A DNA stretch of 63,064 nucleotides, filler included, from Squatina squatina (GCA_031763465.1; 4 parts of 4 records of this genome joined end to end with filler, not necessarily neighbours in it), one strand, 5' to 3'; positions 24,415-38,545 are shown, counted from the first letter of the whole stretch. Made by a program: numbers and translations. The notes: generated by a model from the sequence alone, not told the origin.

Positions 24415-26603
24415 NNNNNNNNNNNNNNNNNNNNNNNNNNNNNNNNNNNNNNNNNNNNNNNNNNNNNNNNNNNNNNNNNNNNNNNNNNNNNNNNNNNNNN
24501 NNNNNNNNNNNNNNATGTTAACAAATTGAAATGAAAAATGAAAGTCTCCAGACTGTCTCAAAGAAGCTGCTGTGTATGGAATACAATAAAACTGTTGCTT
24601 CAACCAACAAAGGGAGTTAGCTAGATTGGGTTTCAAAAGACAGTATTAGAATGATTATTGATTTCTTAATTCCAGTGGATCAGGAACCAAATCTGTTTGT
24701 TTGGATTTTTTAAATTATAATGCCTTGCAATTTTCAACATTGACCAGGTCAGATCCTGTGTTTATAAACTGCTGCCATCTGTTAAAGAAATTTGTTTTTT
24801 GCTTTAATATCAGCAAATTGCTTTTATGCATGAGGCAATATTTTATGATCTGCTGTTCTGCATGCTTAATGCAATGTCAGAAATGCAATTTGTTTTTAGT
24901 CAATATTATGAACTGACACAGCAAATTACTTTGGGTAGTGAAAAAATCATTAAAATTGTGACAAAACAATTTTTCGTATAATCATGTGCTGAAAATATAT
25001 TATACAAATAGGAGTGCAATCAAGACACTTATACAAATCACATTCTTTAATTGCTCACTCATGGTGATTAGGAAACAGAATTAGCTTCCAAAAATAAGAT
25101 TAGCATTAAGTATTTAAATGTTGTTTTTCTACTAAATCTCACTGTAACTGGCAAATTCAGGCTCAAAATAACAACTACCATGTGATTAAAATCACAAATG
25201 GTAAGCCAGGAACAAATTATTTTCTAGTATGATTTATATTTGATACTGTATCCTAAATTATATTGCAATATGTGCTGTGTGCTGTAGAAAAACAAGATGA
25301 GAAAAAAGTATCCTTCACTGAATATTGAATCATGAGGTAAATATCCAGCTTTTGAGTGTTTNNNNNNNNNNNNNNNNNNNNNNNNNNNNNNNNNNNNNNN
25401 NNNNNNNNNNNNNNNNNNNNNNNNNNNNNNNNNNNNNNNNNNNNNNNNNNNNNNNNNNNNNAGTTTGTGGCACACTGTCATTGGCAGTTGCAGCATCTCA
25501 GTGGTATTTTTATGTTTAGTCTTTTGCAAAGCATGCATTGTGGCTGACACTTTAGAACATCTAAATGGTCATTGTGAGAAAATTTAGAAGGACTTAGTTC
25601 TTGCACTTGGCATGTGCAAAGACAATTTCTTTTTCCCTGCCAGAGGGGACGATAAACATAGCAAGAGAACATGTGAGAGATGGGGAACAGAGCATGAAAG
25701 AGGATGTTTAAGATAAGTTAGGGCCTATCTTCCTCTCCTGGCTTTCCACAGAGCAATTAGTGCAGAGCTCACCAAAAGTATGCACCTCAATACCGATGAT
25801 TTCAATGCCCTAACATCCGTTGGGGCCTCATTATGCTGCAGCAGGCTCATGCTGGAAGCTCTCTTGGGTGCAGACCAGACAGGAGAGGATTTAAAAAAAA
25901 TATTTTTTCCTCTATTTAGCAATTCACAGACTAATATCAATTCATATTTTTTTTAAAGCTGTACATACATTAAAGTATATGTGTGTGTGCAATAGCTGGT
26001 GCATGGGGTTTTTCACTCCTCCACACCCCCAGCACCAGATTTCAACAGTTAGAAATCAGAACCTCATTAACACTAAATGATCATATATAATTATAATACT
26101 GACAGATGGTAGCGGGAAGCCAAGTGGTGACTAGCATTTTTAACCCCCAGTGATTTGTTTCTACTGCTACTGTTTATAGTAATGGGAAAACACANNNNNN
26201 NNNNATGTAGCAGCTAGGGTTTGTGACTCTCTGAATATGTGGACTTTAGGTCACTTTTTATGGCATTTTCAACATTTACAATGTGAAATCAGAGCCAAAT
26301 TCTATTCACCGCGCTACTGTTTGCTACTTTGAATGGACTGCGGTATTTATTGCACCGCAGCTCTACGAGCTGAACATTACTGAAGGTAAAATCTCCAGGC
26401 TGTAGTGGAGGGCCGAAAAGCTAAAGCTACGAAGATTGCTCATTCATGTGGTACAGTTAAATGGTGAGGTGCCACACTTGGTGCTGTCCTGCACTCCCTG
26501 ACTNNNNNNNNNNNNNNNNNNNNNNNNNNNNNNNNNNNNNNNNNNNNNNNNNNNNNNNNNNNNNNNNNNNNNNNNNNNNNNNNNNNNNNNNNNNNNNNNN
26601 NNN

Positions 26604-26965
26604 ACCCTGTGTTCGCCAACCTACCAGTTGAGCAAAGCTTGAATTTTAAAATTTTCAGCCTTGTTTTCAAATCCCTCCATAATCTCTCTAACTTCCACCA
26701 GCCCCATAACACCCTGAGATCTCTGTACCTCCTGCAACTCTGGCCTCTTGTGCATCCCCAATTTTTAACACTCCACTATTGGCGGCCACATCCTCAGCTG
26801 CCTTGGCCTTGAGCTATGGAATTACCTCCCTAAACCTCTCTGACTCGCTCCCTCTACTCCTTTAAGATTCTCCTTAAAACCTACCTCATTTGCCCTAATA
26901 TCTCCTTNNNNNNNNNNGGACATTTTACTACTTTAAAGGCTCTAAATAAATGCAAGTTCTTGTTG
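26604..26965 (+). mobile_element. L2-type LINE 3' fragment
   Basis: Degenerate ORF end (FKIFSLVFKSLH...LWNYLP) followed by the L2-type tail. Confidence 0.7.
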
Positions 26966-27288
26966 TTTTTACTGCTGATGTAACCAATATAAGTAATCAA
27001 GTAGTTGTGCTATAATTGGTCTCAATATTCGTGTGAGTGTGCGTGCGTGTGTGTGCGTGCGTGCGCACGCGCAATGGCTCTCAAAATAGCAGAGGCAAAT
27101 GTAATTCAGGGCAACAATTTTAATCTGCTGCTACTGCTCCCCAGCTGGCTTAATGATCGGGAGTTAAAATTCCCTGAGTATCTGAAATGAAATAATGCTC
27201 AAGATTTGCAAAAGAAAACATGGAAAGGAAAGGATTTAGAAATCATAGTTACTAAAATTTCTATACTTTTTCTATTTGATTCACACAG

Positions 27289-27471
27289 AGATTGATGAGG
27301 AGAGTTGTGGTGACCCTGGGACTCCACTATATGGCATTCGTGATACAGATGGATTTTCCAATGGGAATATTTTGAGATTCCAGTGCCAATCCGGATTTGA
27401 ACTGATTGGAGAAAAGTCCCTTCTTTGTCAAGACAACAACCAGTGGTCAGCAAATGTACCAATTTGCATCT
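27289..27471 (+). CDS. CSMD3: CSMD3 exon, Sushi/CCP domain (EIDEESCGDPGTPLYG...WSANVPICI)
   Basis: CACAG acceptor and T|GTGAGT donor; 183 nt; four Sushi cysteines and the conserved Trp. Confidence 0.96.
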
Positions 27472-28499
27472 GTGAGTACGGCACTTATAACGTCTATGTC
27501 TTGTAACTAATTTTTTACTTTGTTAGAATATGATCCAAAATGCTTTTCCCGCAAAAGCAATTCTGGCTGATCTGCAGTTTTCCAGAGTGGACTTCTTTTG
27601 GACTCAATTGAGTGATGATAGGTACATCAACACCTTCACATTCATATTTTACTGAAGAAAATAACACTGGGCCTGAAAACGACGTTCCCNNNNNNNNNNN
27701 NNNNNNNNNNNNNNNNNNNNNNNNNNNNNNNNNNNNNNNNNNNNNNNNNNNNNNNNNNNNNNNNNNNNNNNNNNNNNNNNNNNNNNNNNGATGCTCCTGG
27801 CTACAACTAAAACTGCTTCATAACCCATATTGCTGTAATGATTTGCATTTCTCTGTACTTAAATTGAGACCGCAAAAGTCAAATTATCCTAAATGCTTAT
27901 CCCTAATGCTTATATGTGTCAGACTTTAAATGATATACTGTAAGAAGGATGGTTTTGTGCCAACCTTTAATTGTGAAGGCAGATTTGTACTGTGGAATCA
28001 TGCCCGCTCTGAATTGCCGTAAGCCGTCCAAACTAATTTAACTTAAAACCCTTAATAGCCATCAGAGAGAGTAAATTTTCCTGCCATATGCCTGAGCTGG
28101 ATACAGTCCCAGGTCCTCATTGTGAAAGGGCATTGTTCCAACCTGCTGTACCACTGACTTCATCCATGACTCATGACTGGAGGCATTATCTTAGCTGACT
28201 TTATATTTACTGCTATTGAAGAACTAATTTAGAACATTTCAATTGTTTATGACTTATGCTGTCTAATGCTCACTTCATTGTATTATGTTCATGAATAAAA
28301 AACATTTAAAATGCAGCCAAGGACCTAGATTGTTTTTAGTATTGTGGTTTGCTCTATTTCTCATTAAATACAGCATATTAAAACCTACTAGAATTCCTTA
28401 AAATTCAGAATTTATTAATAATTAATTTTAACTCCTTAAGGTAAGTTTGATTTAAAAGCACCTCAAATATAAATTTCACAGTTCAGGTGGTACAAGAAG

Positions 28500-29509
28500 A
28501 AGAAATGCAAGGGAGATTAGCAGACCCTCAGCCATATCTAGACCGAGAGCTACCTGACAACACCTCAGCTTGTTACGTGTTAGCAGAGTAAAGCTTTGCA
28601 ATCTGCAGCACGGACACCTGCAGCCAATATGCAATATAGGGGCCGTGGTGTTGAAAGTTGGCAAGGTCACCACTGCACTCAACTTTAATGGCTCAGGCAG
28701 TTGCAGGGCATCTCTGGAACATAAGTCAAGAAGCCCTGTACAGAAAAGCACTTCATTAGCTTTGACATAACAGTCAGGCAGGAGAGAGAAAGAACCACGC
28801 AGTTGTATGGGGTAGATGGCTTCTCAAAGTTCAAGATGGCACCAACGTCGGGTTGAAGGTTCCCACACTTATTTTTACCATCTCAGGTATGTCTTGTCAA
28901 AGTTTTAGTCTATGAAATAAGCATCCAGCGTTACTAGGTGCTACAAAAAAGGTGGAAATAAAAGGAGCCCAAAAGTATATCCCCGCAACTATGTGAATGG
29001 GAAGGGATTCTACTCCATGAATGTGCAGTTTGTGATGCCACGCTTTTATGCTAACGCCCAGTATGGAGGAAGCTGCCATGATGCCTTTATCCTCTGGCAT
29101 TTGGAACTCCCTCATCTCTTCAGAGAAGAAAACCATATAAACGGATAGGGAACTAGGCATACCCCTCACTACCATAGCTGATGGCCTTACTTTGGCAGCT
29201 TTGTTATAGTGCGCCATTTTCTCAGCATTTGTTACTTGTTCCTGTGGGTACTAAATACCACTGATCGCCTGCCAGGCAAGCAACACAGCTCTCCTTTGTG
29301 GGGATCGGGTGCTCTGGTGTCAAATAGGGCAAACCTTCTTGCACTTGCCTCAACTTCACTATCCATCAAAGGAGTTTCAGCCCTGTACTGCTCCATCACC
29401 TGCCCAGAGTCTATGGCCTAGAAATTCGTAGTGGTAGCACCTGGCCGTTGAGATCCGTTTCATTAAAAAAAGGCGGCCACTGCACTTCCACCTACTGCTG
29501 GCGAGTCCC
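28500..29509. mobile_element. Decayed PIF/Harbinger transposon: transposase remnant (+, about 28530-28730) facing a possible Myb/SANT-gene remnant (-, about 29200-29400)
   Basis: Plus peptide LCNLQHGHLQP...KVTTALNFNGSGSCRAS resembles the HARBI1-type helix-turn-helix region (KVTxALNFxASGSFQ). Minus peptide EVEASARRFALF resembles the SANT-like partner, a weaker match. GC-rich end next to the gap. Confidence 0.6.
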
Positions 29510-29827
29510 NNNNNNNNNNNNNNNNNNNNNNNNNNNNNNNNNNNNNNNNNNNNNNNNNNNNNNNNNNNNNNNNNNNNNNNNNNNNNNNNNNNNNNNNNNN
29601 NNNNNNNNNCATGTATATGCTATTAGCTATTTCTAGCTCATGGAAGAAGATGTGAAAAACATGCCAAGCAAACCTTGCAGTTGTATTATAGGGAGTTGAG
29701 TTTGTGTTACAGTTTTGATAGTTACCTTTGCAAGGACAACTTGATAGTCACTGTGTCAGTTAGCAGCATTATCCAAACGCAATATATCCAGTTTTAGTCT
29801 ACTGTTGACACTAAATGATTCAGTTAA

Positions 29828-30304
<477 letters not shown>

Positions 30305-30716
30305 TGATGTATTTGATGATTGAGGGCACCACATTTATTCACCAATAAACACTTAAAATTACAACTTGGATTAGAAACTGTCTTATTCAATGGACAGTAG
30401 AAATACCAGAAACATTGTAATTTGGCAGGACTGGTTAATGGCCTCACAAGTTTGCAATAATATGCTATGATAAATCTGACTAATTCAAAAAGTTTTATCC
30501 ATGTAAGAAGCTACTTACAAAACAATATATATTGAATACACATATAATATGAGTTTCTCCGTATCTACCAGCATTAGGTATGAAAGGATGAGCCAATCAC
30601 TAATGGCAGCTCAGTTGACATTACATAGAATTTACAACACAGGAAGAGACCATTTGGCCCAACCAGTCTATGCTCCACACAAGCCTCCTCCCACTCTGTT
30701 TACTTCATCTAACACA

Positions 30717-30815
30717 GTGTCAGCTGTGGATCAGTGGGTAGTGCTTTTGCCTTGGAGTCTGAAGGTTGTGGGTTCAAATCCCACTCTTGGCTGATGCTCC
30801 AGTGCAGTACTGAGA
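30717..30815 (+). mobile_element. tRNA-derived SINE head
   Basis: A-box-like TGGATCAGTGGG and B-box GGTTCAAATCCC followed by GGCTGATGCTCCAGTGCAGTACTGAG (Deu-SINE body). Confidence 0.65.
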
Positions 30816-30859
30816 NNNNNNNNNNNNNNNNNNNNNNNNNNNNNNNNNNNNNNNNNNNN

Positions 30860-30871
30860 TTAATTAATTAA
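30860..30871. other. Artificial scaffold linker
   Basis: TTAATTAATTAA within N runs. Confidence 0.97.
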
Positions 30872-31059
30872 NNNNNNNNNNNNNNNNNNNNNNNNNNNNN
30901 NNNNNNNNNNNNNNNGACCAAGTCTGCTGTAATATTTCATGTGGCTCGGTGTCAAATTTTGTTTGATAACGCTCCTGTGAAGCACCTTGGAACATTTTAC
31001 TACATTAAAGGCGTTATATGGATAAAAGTTATTGTTGTAATAGATTGGGCAGTTAGAAG

Positions 31060-31875
31060 TCATAAAATTTAATATGAGATGATACATTTTGAAGAATGAG
31101 AGGAAATATGCTCTAAATGATAAAACTTTAAAAGGATTCGAGGAAGAAAGAAAATGAGGGGTTCGGATATACAAATCTTTAAAAGTGGGAGGACGAACTT
31201 ATAAAGCTGGAAAGAAGAATGTCTGGGTTCCAAGGTTTCATAAATAGGGTCATAGAATGCTAAGGGAAAGAGACAACACTAATCATACCTGAATCATTGG
31301 TGAGGTTTCAGTTAGAACAGCAGGAGAGACTTTTTGCTTGCTTTTTTTTTTGCTGAAAAATTAAGGGCTGAGGTTGCTGAATTTCCCAATGTGCCAGGAG
31401 CACTGGAACAGACAATCTGCCCCTTTGTGTCCAGAAGAGGGCACAGAGGAGATTCACTAAGATGATACCAAAGATGAGAGGCTTTAATTATGAGAAGAAA
31501 CTAAGAAGGTTAAGAGGAGATCTGACAGAGATGTTCAAATTATGATGGGTTTGACAATAAGGAAGAAACTGTTTTCACTGATCAGTAAGTTGGTAATTAG
31601 AGTGCACAAATTTAAGATCACCACCAAAAGAACAAAGGGAGGGTTCAGGAGGTTTTTATGTAAAGGTTGTTAAGACACAGATTGCTCTACCACAAACAGT
31701 GGTTGAAACAGAACCCAGAATCACATTTAAAAGGAAAGTGGATACTTGAAAAAGAGTGTAAAAAGGAGTGGGGAGATGGCAAGGAAATGGAACTAAGTGG
31801 TTAGCCCTTTCAGAGAATTAGCACAGGTGCAGTTGGCTAGATAGCCTCCTTCTGTGTGGTAAAATTCTGTGATGC
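31060..31875 (+). mobile_element. Degenerate CR1 LINE 3' region
   Basis: Remnants of QRRFTKMIP and LRGDLTEMFK motifs, and a CR1 tail. Confidence 0.7.
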
Positions 31876-32389
31876 TAGGATGTCACCACTTCTTCCAACT
31901 GCCCTCACACTACTGGTCAAGACTTGGCACGCTGCCACTTTGATGATTTGACTTCAAGGTTGTGGTGCAGTTTTTGGGGTATCATTATTCCAACACAAAC
32001 TCCAATTCGTTGCAACATTGAAATTGCAGTAATGTCACCAGTTTGTAACCTGCAAGTCTGGTGTATGTTTCCCAATTTTGTAAAAAAAATGAACGGCTTG
32101 CTACAATAGGTTTGTTCATAACCACATGTAATGCAGTGTTATTCATGGCTGGCCATATGCTGCCTCAACAAGATCAAATATCTGATTAAGAAATTCCATG
32201 GGACTTTAACAGTGACTCACAAATCTCTAGATTTTCACTGTGTGTATTGGGATTATACAACATCCTACAGGAATATTTCAAAATCCTTTAGGGTTTTAAA
32301 AAGAATTCTAAAACATTAGCTTTGTATTTCCATATTTTTTTTCTCCAGCTGTTAAGGTAAATGTTTAGCAAAACATTTCCTTTACTAAC

Positions 32390-32566
32390 CTGCACCAGGT
32401 TTCATAGCGACTGGACTGACTGTAGCCAGATCTAAGCTGGGTATCAGTTCATACGCTTTGTCCTGTTGCTTGGCCTTCCCTTCATGATATCTGCTGTAAA
32501 TACCTCTGCCTGCAGAATATCCACCCAGGTACGATCCTCGAGGTCCTGCTGCTCTGTTGCCAGCTG
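32390..32566 (-). CDS. RBM47: RBM47 post-RRM exon ([31 protein letters not shown]...PVAMKPGA)
   Basis: Near-identical to the RBM47 cassette-exon peptide; donor G|GTTAGT after 32390; probable TAGCAG acceptor at 32567/32564; 177 nt, frame-preserving. The 5' boundary is less certain. Confidence 0.88.
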
Positions 32567-33188
32567 CTATAAGTACGATAACATCTTGAGGTGACAATCC
32601 AAGATTTCTCCTCCTTCCAACCCCCGCAATATTTCTGATGACAGCTTGGTGGAGATTGGGATTTGAAATGAAGACCTATTTCTCTTCTTGAGATGTGCAA
32701 GTATAATTTCACTGCACAGAGCAAATACATTTTGGCCTGTAAGATCTGGATGATTCAACATCAGTAAGTAATGCCAGCTCCACCCCCCACACCATCCGCT
32801 GAAACTGGTTGATAAGACTTCTAAGTATGTGGAGGGTGAAATAAGTTTAACGAATGAGGAAGAATATGCTTAAGATACTGAACTTTACAGTCAAAAGAAT
32901 TTGCTTAAAATCAAAATTTATGAAACTAGGTACTCCTTAAAATAAAAAAACTTCCCACCCAGTGATGCACACCAGTCAGTCTCTGGAGCTACCATCTGAC
33001 CTGATCCTGTATCGCTTCAACTGCCACTCATTGACTAACATTGGGAGGTATGAGAATGTCATGGAGATTGTTTTTTTTTTAAGAAGTANNNNNNNNNNNN
33101 NNNNNNNNNNNNNNNNNNNNNNNNNNNNNNNNNNNNNNNNNNNNNNNNNNNNNNNNNNNNNNNNNNNNNNNNNNNNNNNNNNNNNNNN

Positions 33189-33443
33189 ATCTTCATAAAC
33201 ATCGCGAGGGATTTTACCAATAAAGACCTCGCACCCACGTGGTGGAGGATGTCCCTCCCAACCGGGAGGTGGGCCACCATATTTGCGTTGGCCATTCTCT
33301 TGAACCATTGTGTAGCCTGTACGTTCCATAAGTGCAAGCAGGGTGGACTCATTAGGGGCGCCAGCAACACCTTCAAGAACTTTCGTTGAAGACATGTTGC
33401 AGGAATCTGTGCTCATCATGGTGCTGGAGTCCTCAGCTGTCAT
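33189..33443 (-). CDS. RBM47: RBM47 first coding exon, N-terminus and start of RRM1 (remainder lost in gap)
   Basis: [14 protein letters not shown]...[41 protein letters not shown]...[16 protein letters not shown]; MTAEDS start is diagnostic versus A1CF and RBM46; CTTTTCAG acceptor just before 33474. Confidence 0.95.
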
Positions 33444-33529
33444 TCTGTCAAAACCATTCAAATTATGTTCAGTCCTGAAAAGGCAGGAGAGAAAACTTCT
33501 TAGCTGGCATTTTGAGAATAAACGAACAA

Positions 33530-33700
33530 ACAAACATTGGCATTTATATGGCACCTTTCATGACCTCAAGATGTCCCAAAGTGCCTCACAGCCAATAAAG
33601 TACTTTGGAAATATGGTCACTATTGTAATGTAGGCAGACATGGCAGCCAATTAGTGCATAGCAAGGCCCCACAAGCAGCAATTAGATAAATGACAAGATA
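33530..33700 (-). mobile_element. Deu-domain SINE 3' fragment
   Basis: GCATTTATATGGCACCTTTCATGACCTCAAGATGTCCCAAAG... matches the copy at 24150. Confidence 0.75.
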
Positions 33701-34439
33701 ATGGTGGTGAAATTGGTCTTGGGCAATGGAACGGTGTAAAACAGGCTGCTGATTTGCTACCAGCCCATTTTGTATAGTATATTAGGAAACCTTTGATGAA
33801 TTTTTAGGTTCAAAAGATAACTATACAAAATAGGACAGTGTACTTATTTTTACAAGAACACAGCACGTTTACTCTTCATCGCACCTTGCTCTCTATATCA
33901 TTCAAAAAACTGGACAGTCCGCAGATTTGGAATTCTCTTTAAATTCAGTAGTTTGCGAAACCACTGAACTCCATTGTCAATTAGAAATGTTACAATTTAA
34001 AAATTCCAAGTAACATTCAGAACTTCCCTCATTTGGTTTCTTAAAATGAAAGAGTGAATTTACAATAAGAAGTAATAATTTTAAATTTCAAATTGTTCAA
34101 ATATGGTCTTTGACATGATTTCCTGAAGAGGTTGAGAGTTTTGGCTAAAGACCCTGTTAATATGTGATTTGCGGTGTGATAATTTGAGAAAAAGAGNNNN
34201 NNNNNNNNNNNNNNNNNNNNNNNNNNNNNNNNNNNNNNNNNNNNNNNNNNNNNNNNNNNNNNNNNNNNNNNNNNNNNNNNNNNNNNNNNNNNNNNNACGT
34301 GTTTGAACGCTCAAATTGTAAAGTGGCTAATTGGGGGCTTCACTGAAAATTTTCAGAGTCCCATTTCCAGCGCAAAATTCAGCACTTAGCGCTAGAAACT
34401 TTAAAAACCCGAATTGGCCGCCCACTGTTTCAGTATCTA

Positions 34440-34715
34440 GAGGAAACAGATTAAGATAATGGCAAAAGAACCAGGTGTGATGGGGATGGGGGAACAAGGA
34501 GAATTTTTTTTTACGCAGTGAGTTGTTATGATCTGGAATGCACTACCTGGAGGGAACAGATTCAATATTAACTTTCAAAACGGAATTGGATAGATACTTG
34601 AAAAGGAAAATAATGCAGGGCTATAGGGAAGGGAATGGGCGAATTGAATAGCTCATTCAAAAAACCGGCAGTCACAATGGGCTGAACGGCCTCTTCCTGC
34701 GCTGTTTGATTCTAT
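34440..34715 (+). mobile_element. CR1 LINE 3' fragment
   Basis: FFTQxVVMIWNALP remnant and a CR1 tail. Confidence 0.7.
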
Positions 34716-37700
34716 TTAAAATGGGGACTGGACTATAGCTGCATGTCTTGATCAATTATCCTTGCTCTTCAAATCTAGCTTCATCTGAAAATTACTTTTT
34801 TTACTTTTTTTTTCATTTTAATTCTCTGATTACTACATAATTCTGAATTTAGGAAATTAATCAGGAGGCTGATGAAATTAGAGGGTTATGATTACTAAGG
34901 AAAAAAGAAATGAGATATTGTCTCTGCAAAAAATTAAAAAGAGCTTTAAATAAAATGTTTCCAGATATTGACAAATATATCTAAATTTTTGTTGAAATAC
35001 CTAAATGTTATTAACGATTATCAGCAACTATATTTTTCCCCATAAGATAACACAAATCTATATTTGCATACTACAAAATTTTTTTTGAAGGGGGTAGGAT
35101 AAATTCACAATTATATTTTGACAACATTAAACAATTACTAAGCTTTTTCGGTTAGTTGTCACACACCTATAAAAGCTAGTAATTCTTTTTGGTTGACAGT
35201 TGACCTCACTCTAATGAGTACCTTGCACCAAGGAAACCTGAGGCAACATCAGGTTACTGATTAACTGGTGGTACCACTGTCTGACTTGTACTAATCACAG
35301 CCTTCTATTGCCTGAATGTGCCAATCTGGAGAAAATCGTGCAACTGTGGTATCTGTGAATTNNNNNNNNNNNNNNNNNNNNNNNNNNNNNNNNNNNNNNN
35401 NNNNNNNNNNNNNNNNNNNNNNNNNNNNNNNNNNNNNNNNNNNNNNNNNNNNNNNNNNNNNTTTGTTATATCTGCATAATAGAGCAACAAAGCGAAACAA
35501 CTTGTGCCTGACCCCTGATCTTTGGAGCAGGTCTAGCCCTTTGGAACTTTGGAAGCAAATGAGAAATTAGGCAATCAGATTTACTGCTGGGTAGAGTTGC
35601 TCATTGACGTCTTGGTGGAGTTAATAATTTAAAGAAAAAAATTAACGGAACGGTCTTAAGGAGCTGATTTAAAAGACAATATCACATTAACCCTTTAATT
35701 TTGTTCATCCATAAATTCTCATGGGAAGGAAAGGTAGCAATTTTACATCAAGTATGTATCATGAATTAGATGTTCACTTTGCAGATACATTGAAGAATGG
35801 ACATTGAATCAAAGATAACAATTGATTCTAGGGGATCCAAAACTAGAATATTGTAAAAACAGAATAATAAATATCATCCAATAGAAACACAACTCAGAAA
35901 CTTTTACTTATCTGAAAGAGTGCATATTCTCAAATTTAGATTTGAAAAAATTATTAAATGATTATTATACAAAATTTTATCAAATTAAACTGAATATTGT
36001 TAAGGCCACCATTTGCTCAACATTGACACTTAACCCAAAAGAACTGTGGTTAGTCCCACATAATGCTGTACTACAATCCAAGTTTAACAAATACTTGTGT
36101 AACTAAAGAACTGCATCTTCACTGTCACCTACAATTTATACCAAAGTAAAATGTGTCAAACTGACTTTGCATGTTCACCTGTTATATTTAGATTATGGAC
36201 ACCAGCCCCTTTTGGCTAGATATCTTAAAACTGTTAACTCTTAACTGAGACAAACTAAATAAACAGCAAATCAGTGGTCAAAGTTTCCAGCTAATTTCAA
36301 TACGGATATATTGAAACCAAACATTTCNNNNNNNNNNNNNNNNNNNNNNNNNNNNNNNNNNNNNNNNNNNNNNNNNNNNNNNNNNNNNNNNNNNNNNNNN
36401 NNNNNNNNNNNNNNNNNNNNNNNNNNNNNNNNNNNNNNNNNNNNNNNNNNNNNNNNNNNNNNNNNNNNNNNNNNNNNNNNNNNNNNNNNNNNNNNNNNNN
36501 NNNNNNNNNNNNNNNNNNNNNNNNNNNNNNNNNNNNNNNNNNNNNNNNNNNNNNNNNNNNNNNNNNNNNNNNNNNNNNNNNNNNNNNNNNNNNNNNNNNN
36601 NNNNNNNNNNNNNNNNNNNNNNNNNNNNNNNNNNNNNNNNNNNNNNNNNNNNNNNNNNNNNNNNNNNNNNNNNNNNNNNNNNNNNNNNNNNNNNNNNNNN
36701 NNNNNNNNNNNNNNNNNNNNNNNNNNNNNNNNNNNNNNNNNNNNNNNNNNNNNNNNNNNNNNNNNNNNNNNNNNNNNNNNNNNNNNNNNNNNNNNNNNNN
36801 NNNNNNNNNNNNNNNNNNNNNNNNNNNNNNNNNNNNNNNNNNNNNNNNNNNNNNNNNNNNNNNNNNNNNNNNNNNNNNNNNNNNNNNNNNNNNNNNNNNN
36901 NNNNNNNNNNNNNNNNNNNNNNNNNNNNNNNNNNNNNNNNNNNNNNNNNNNNNNNNNNNNNNNNNNNNNNNNNNNNNNNNNNNNNNNNNNNNNNNNNNNN
37001 NNNNNNNNNNNTTAAACTTTCTTTGCTCCCCTCTTCATTAACTTACAATTTCCTTTTCTACCTGCATTTCCGTGTCAGTGTACTCTATTGTGGAACTGAG
37101 CACAACTCCTGTGTAGCTTCAACTTGATAAATTAAAACGCTGCTATGAAAAATTCTTGTGGTAAATCAATGGGCTTATCTGCGTATTGTGTAGTTCCACT
37201 AACAAGAGTTAATGAAAAACAATCTGTTCTCATTGGTAAACTGAATTCAGTAGTGGGCAGGGATGGCAAAAGAATGATTCATGACAGTAAAAACAGTCTG
37301 TACATAGTGACAGTAAACTAGGCCGCAGGAACACTTAGGCAAAGCAAACAGTACACCTTTTTAGGCAGTCAAGAGCTGAATCAGGCCTAAGATATGCCTA
37401 CATATTGTTTGAGATACAAGTCACTATGCTCCCACAGTTCAACGGGCCGCAAAAAGACGAAGCAAGCTAGAAAACGATTCACTGTTGGTGCTTCCAAGCT
37501 TAACCAAGTGCTTATAAACCAGGTTGGTTACTACTTAANNNNNNNNNNNNNNNNNNNNNNNNNNNNNNNNNNNNNNNNNNNNNNNNNNNNNNNNNNNNNN
37601 NNNNNNNNNNNNNNNNNNNNNNNNNNNNNNNNNNNNNNGAAGTATACACCGGCAGTAAAGTAAAATCTGTACCTTGAGCAAGGTGTATTTTCCTCTCTCA

Positions 37701-38039
37701 ACCCAGCACGGCAATGGAATGCCCTTCAGACTCATGGCTGATTGCTTTTAGTTAATGTTTCACCAGACACAAAACAACTCTCCTGTCCCACCTTCAGAGC
37801 AAACAGCTCCACCGAGTGCAAGGTGCACAAAGAGAGACACTCAGAGGGGCAGAGAAAAAAAAAACAGCATGGTGCATGCTGACAGAACATTGCCAGTCAC
37901 AGTGCCATTTAAGAAAAAATTGTGAAATCTTTATGGAAATTTAAAACCAGAAATCAGCCTAAATATACCAGTGTAAACATACTAATGAACATTCAAATGG
38001 GCCAGATATTATCATTGATCTTGGCCTACCAGATGACGT

Positions 38040-38545
38040 ACTATGCAAACTTAGAAAAAACAAAATTGAAGAAAAGGATTAGTGACAAATGTGGACTGGA
38101 AACCTTGAGAATCAAAGAGAAGAAATATTTGAGTGGTTGCAGAAGCTTACAGTTGATAAGGCCTTCAGCATTGACAATTTTCATCGAAAGTTGCTGAGGA
38201 CTTGGCTCAGGTCAGATTTCAGAAGACTAAAAAGTAGCAAATGTGAGTGCTATTTCATAAAAAGAGTAAGGAGGGACTATGAAATAATAGACCTATAAGC
38301 CTTACCTAGATTGTGAAGAAATTTTGTTAAGGGATCTTGCAAGGAATTATCTCAAAGAAAAAGGCTAGAGATAGCTAGCATAATTTAGGAGTGGGAGGTC
38401 ATACTGAGCTGATTTACTGGATTTCTTTGAAGAGGTTACAGATGTAGATAGGGGTGAGGACAGTGGGTGTTGCATACCTGGATTTCAGGAGCCATTTGAC
38501 ACTAGACCACATAATAAACTACTACACAATATTTGAGCTCTTCAG
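38040..38545 (+). mobile_element. Degenerate CR1 reverse-transcriptase fragment
   Basis: Remnants of NYRPISLT, LLDFFEEVT and AYLDFQxxFD motifs. Confidence 0.7.

Noticed and set aside
36311-37015. 234-aa ORF and other ORFs spanning X runs
   Set aside because: Artefacts of translating through N gaps.
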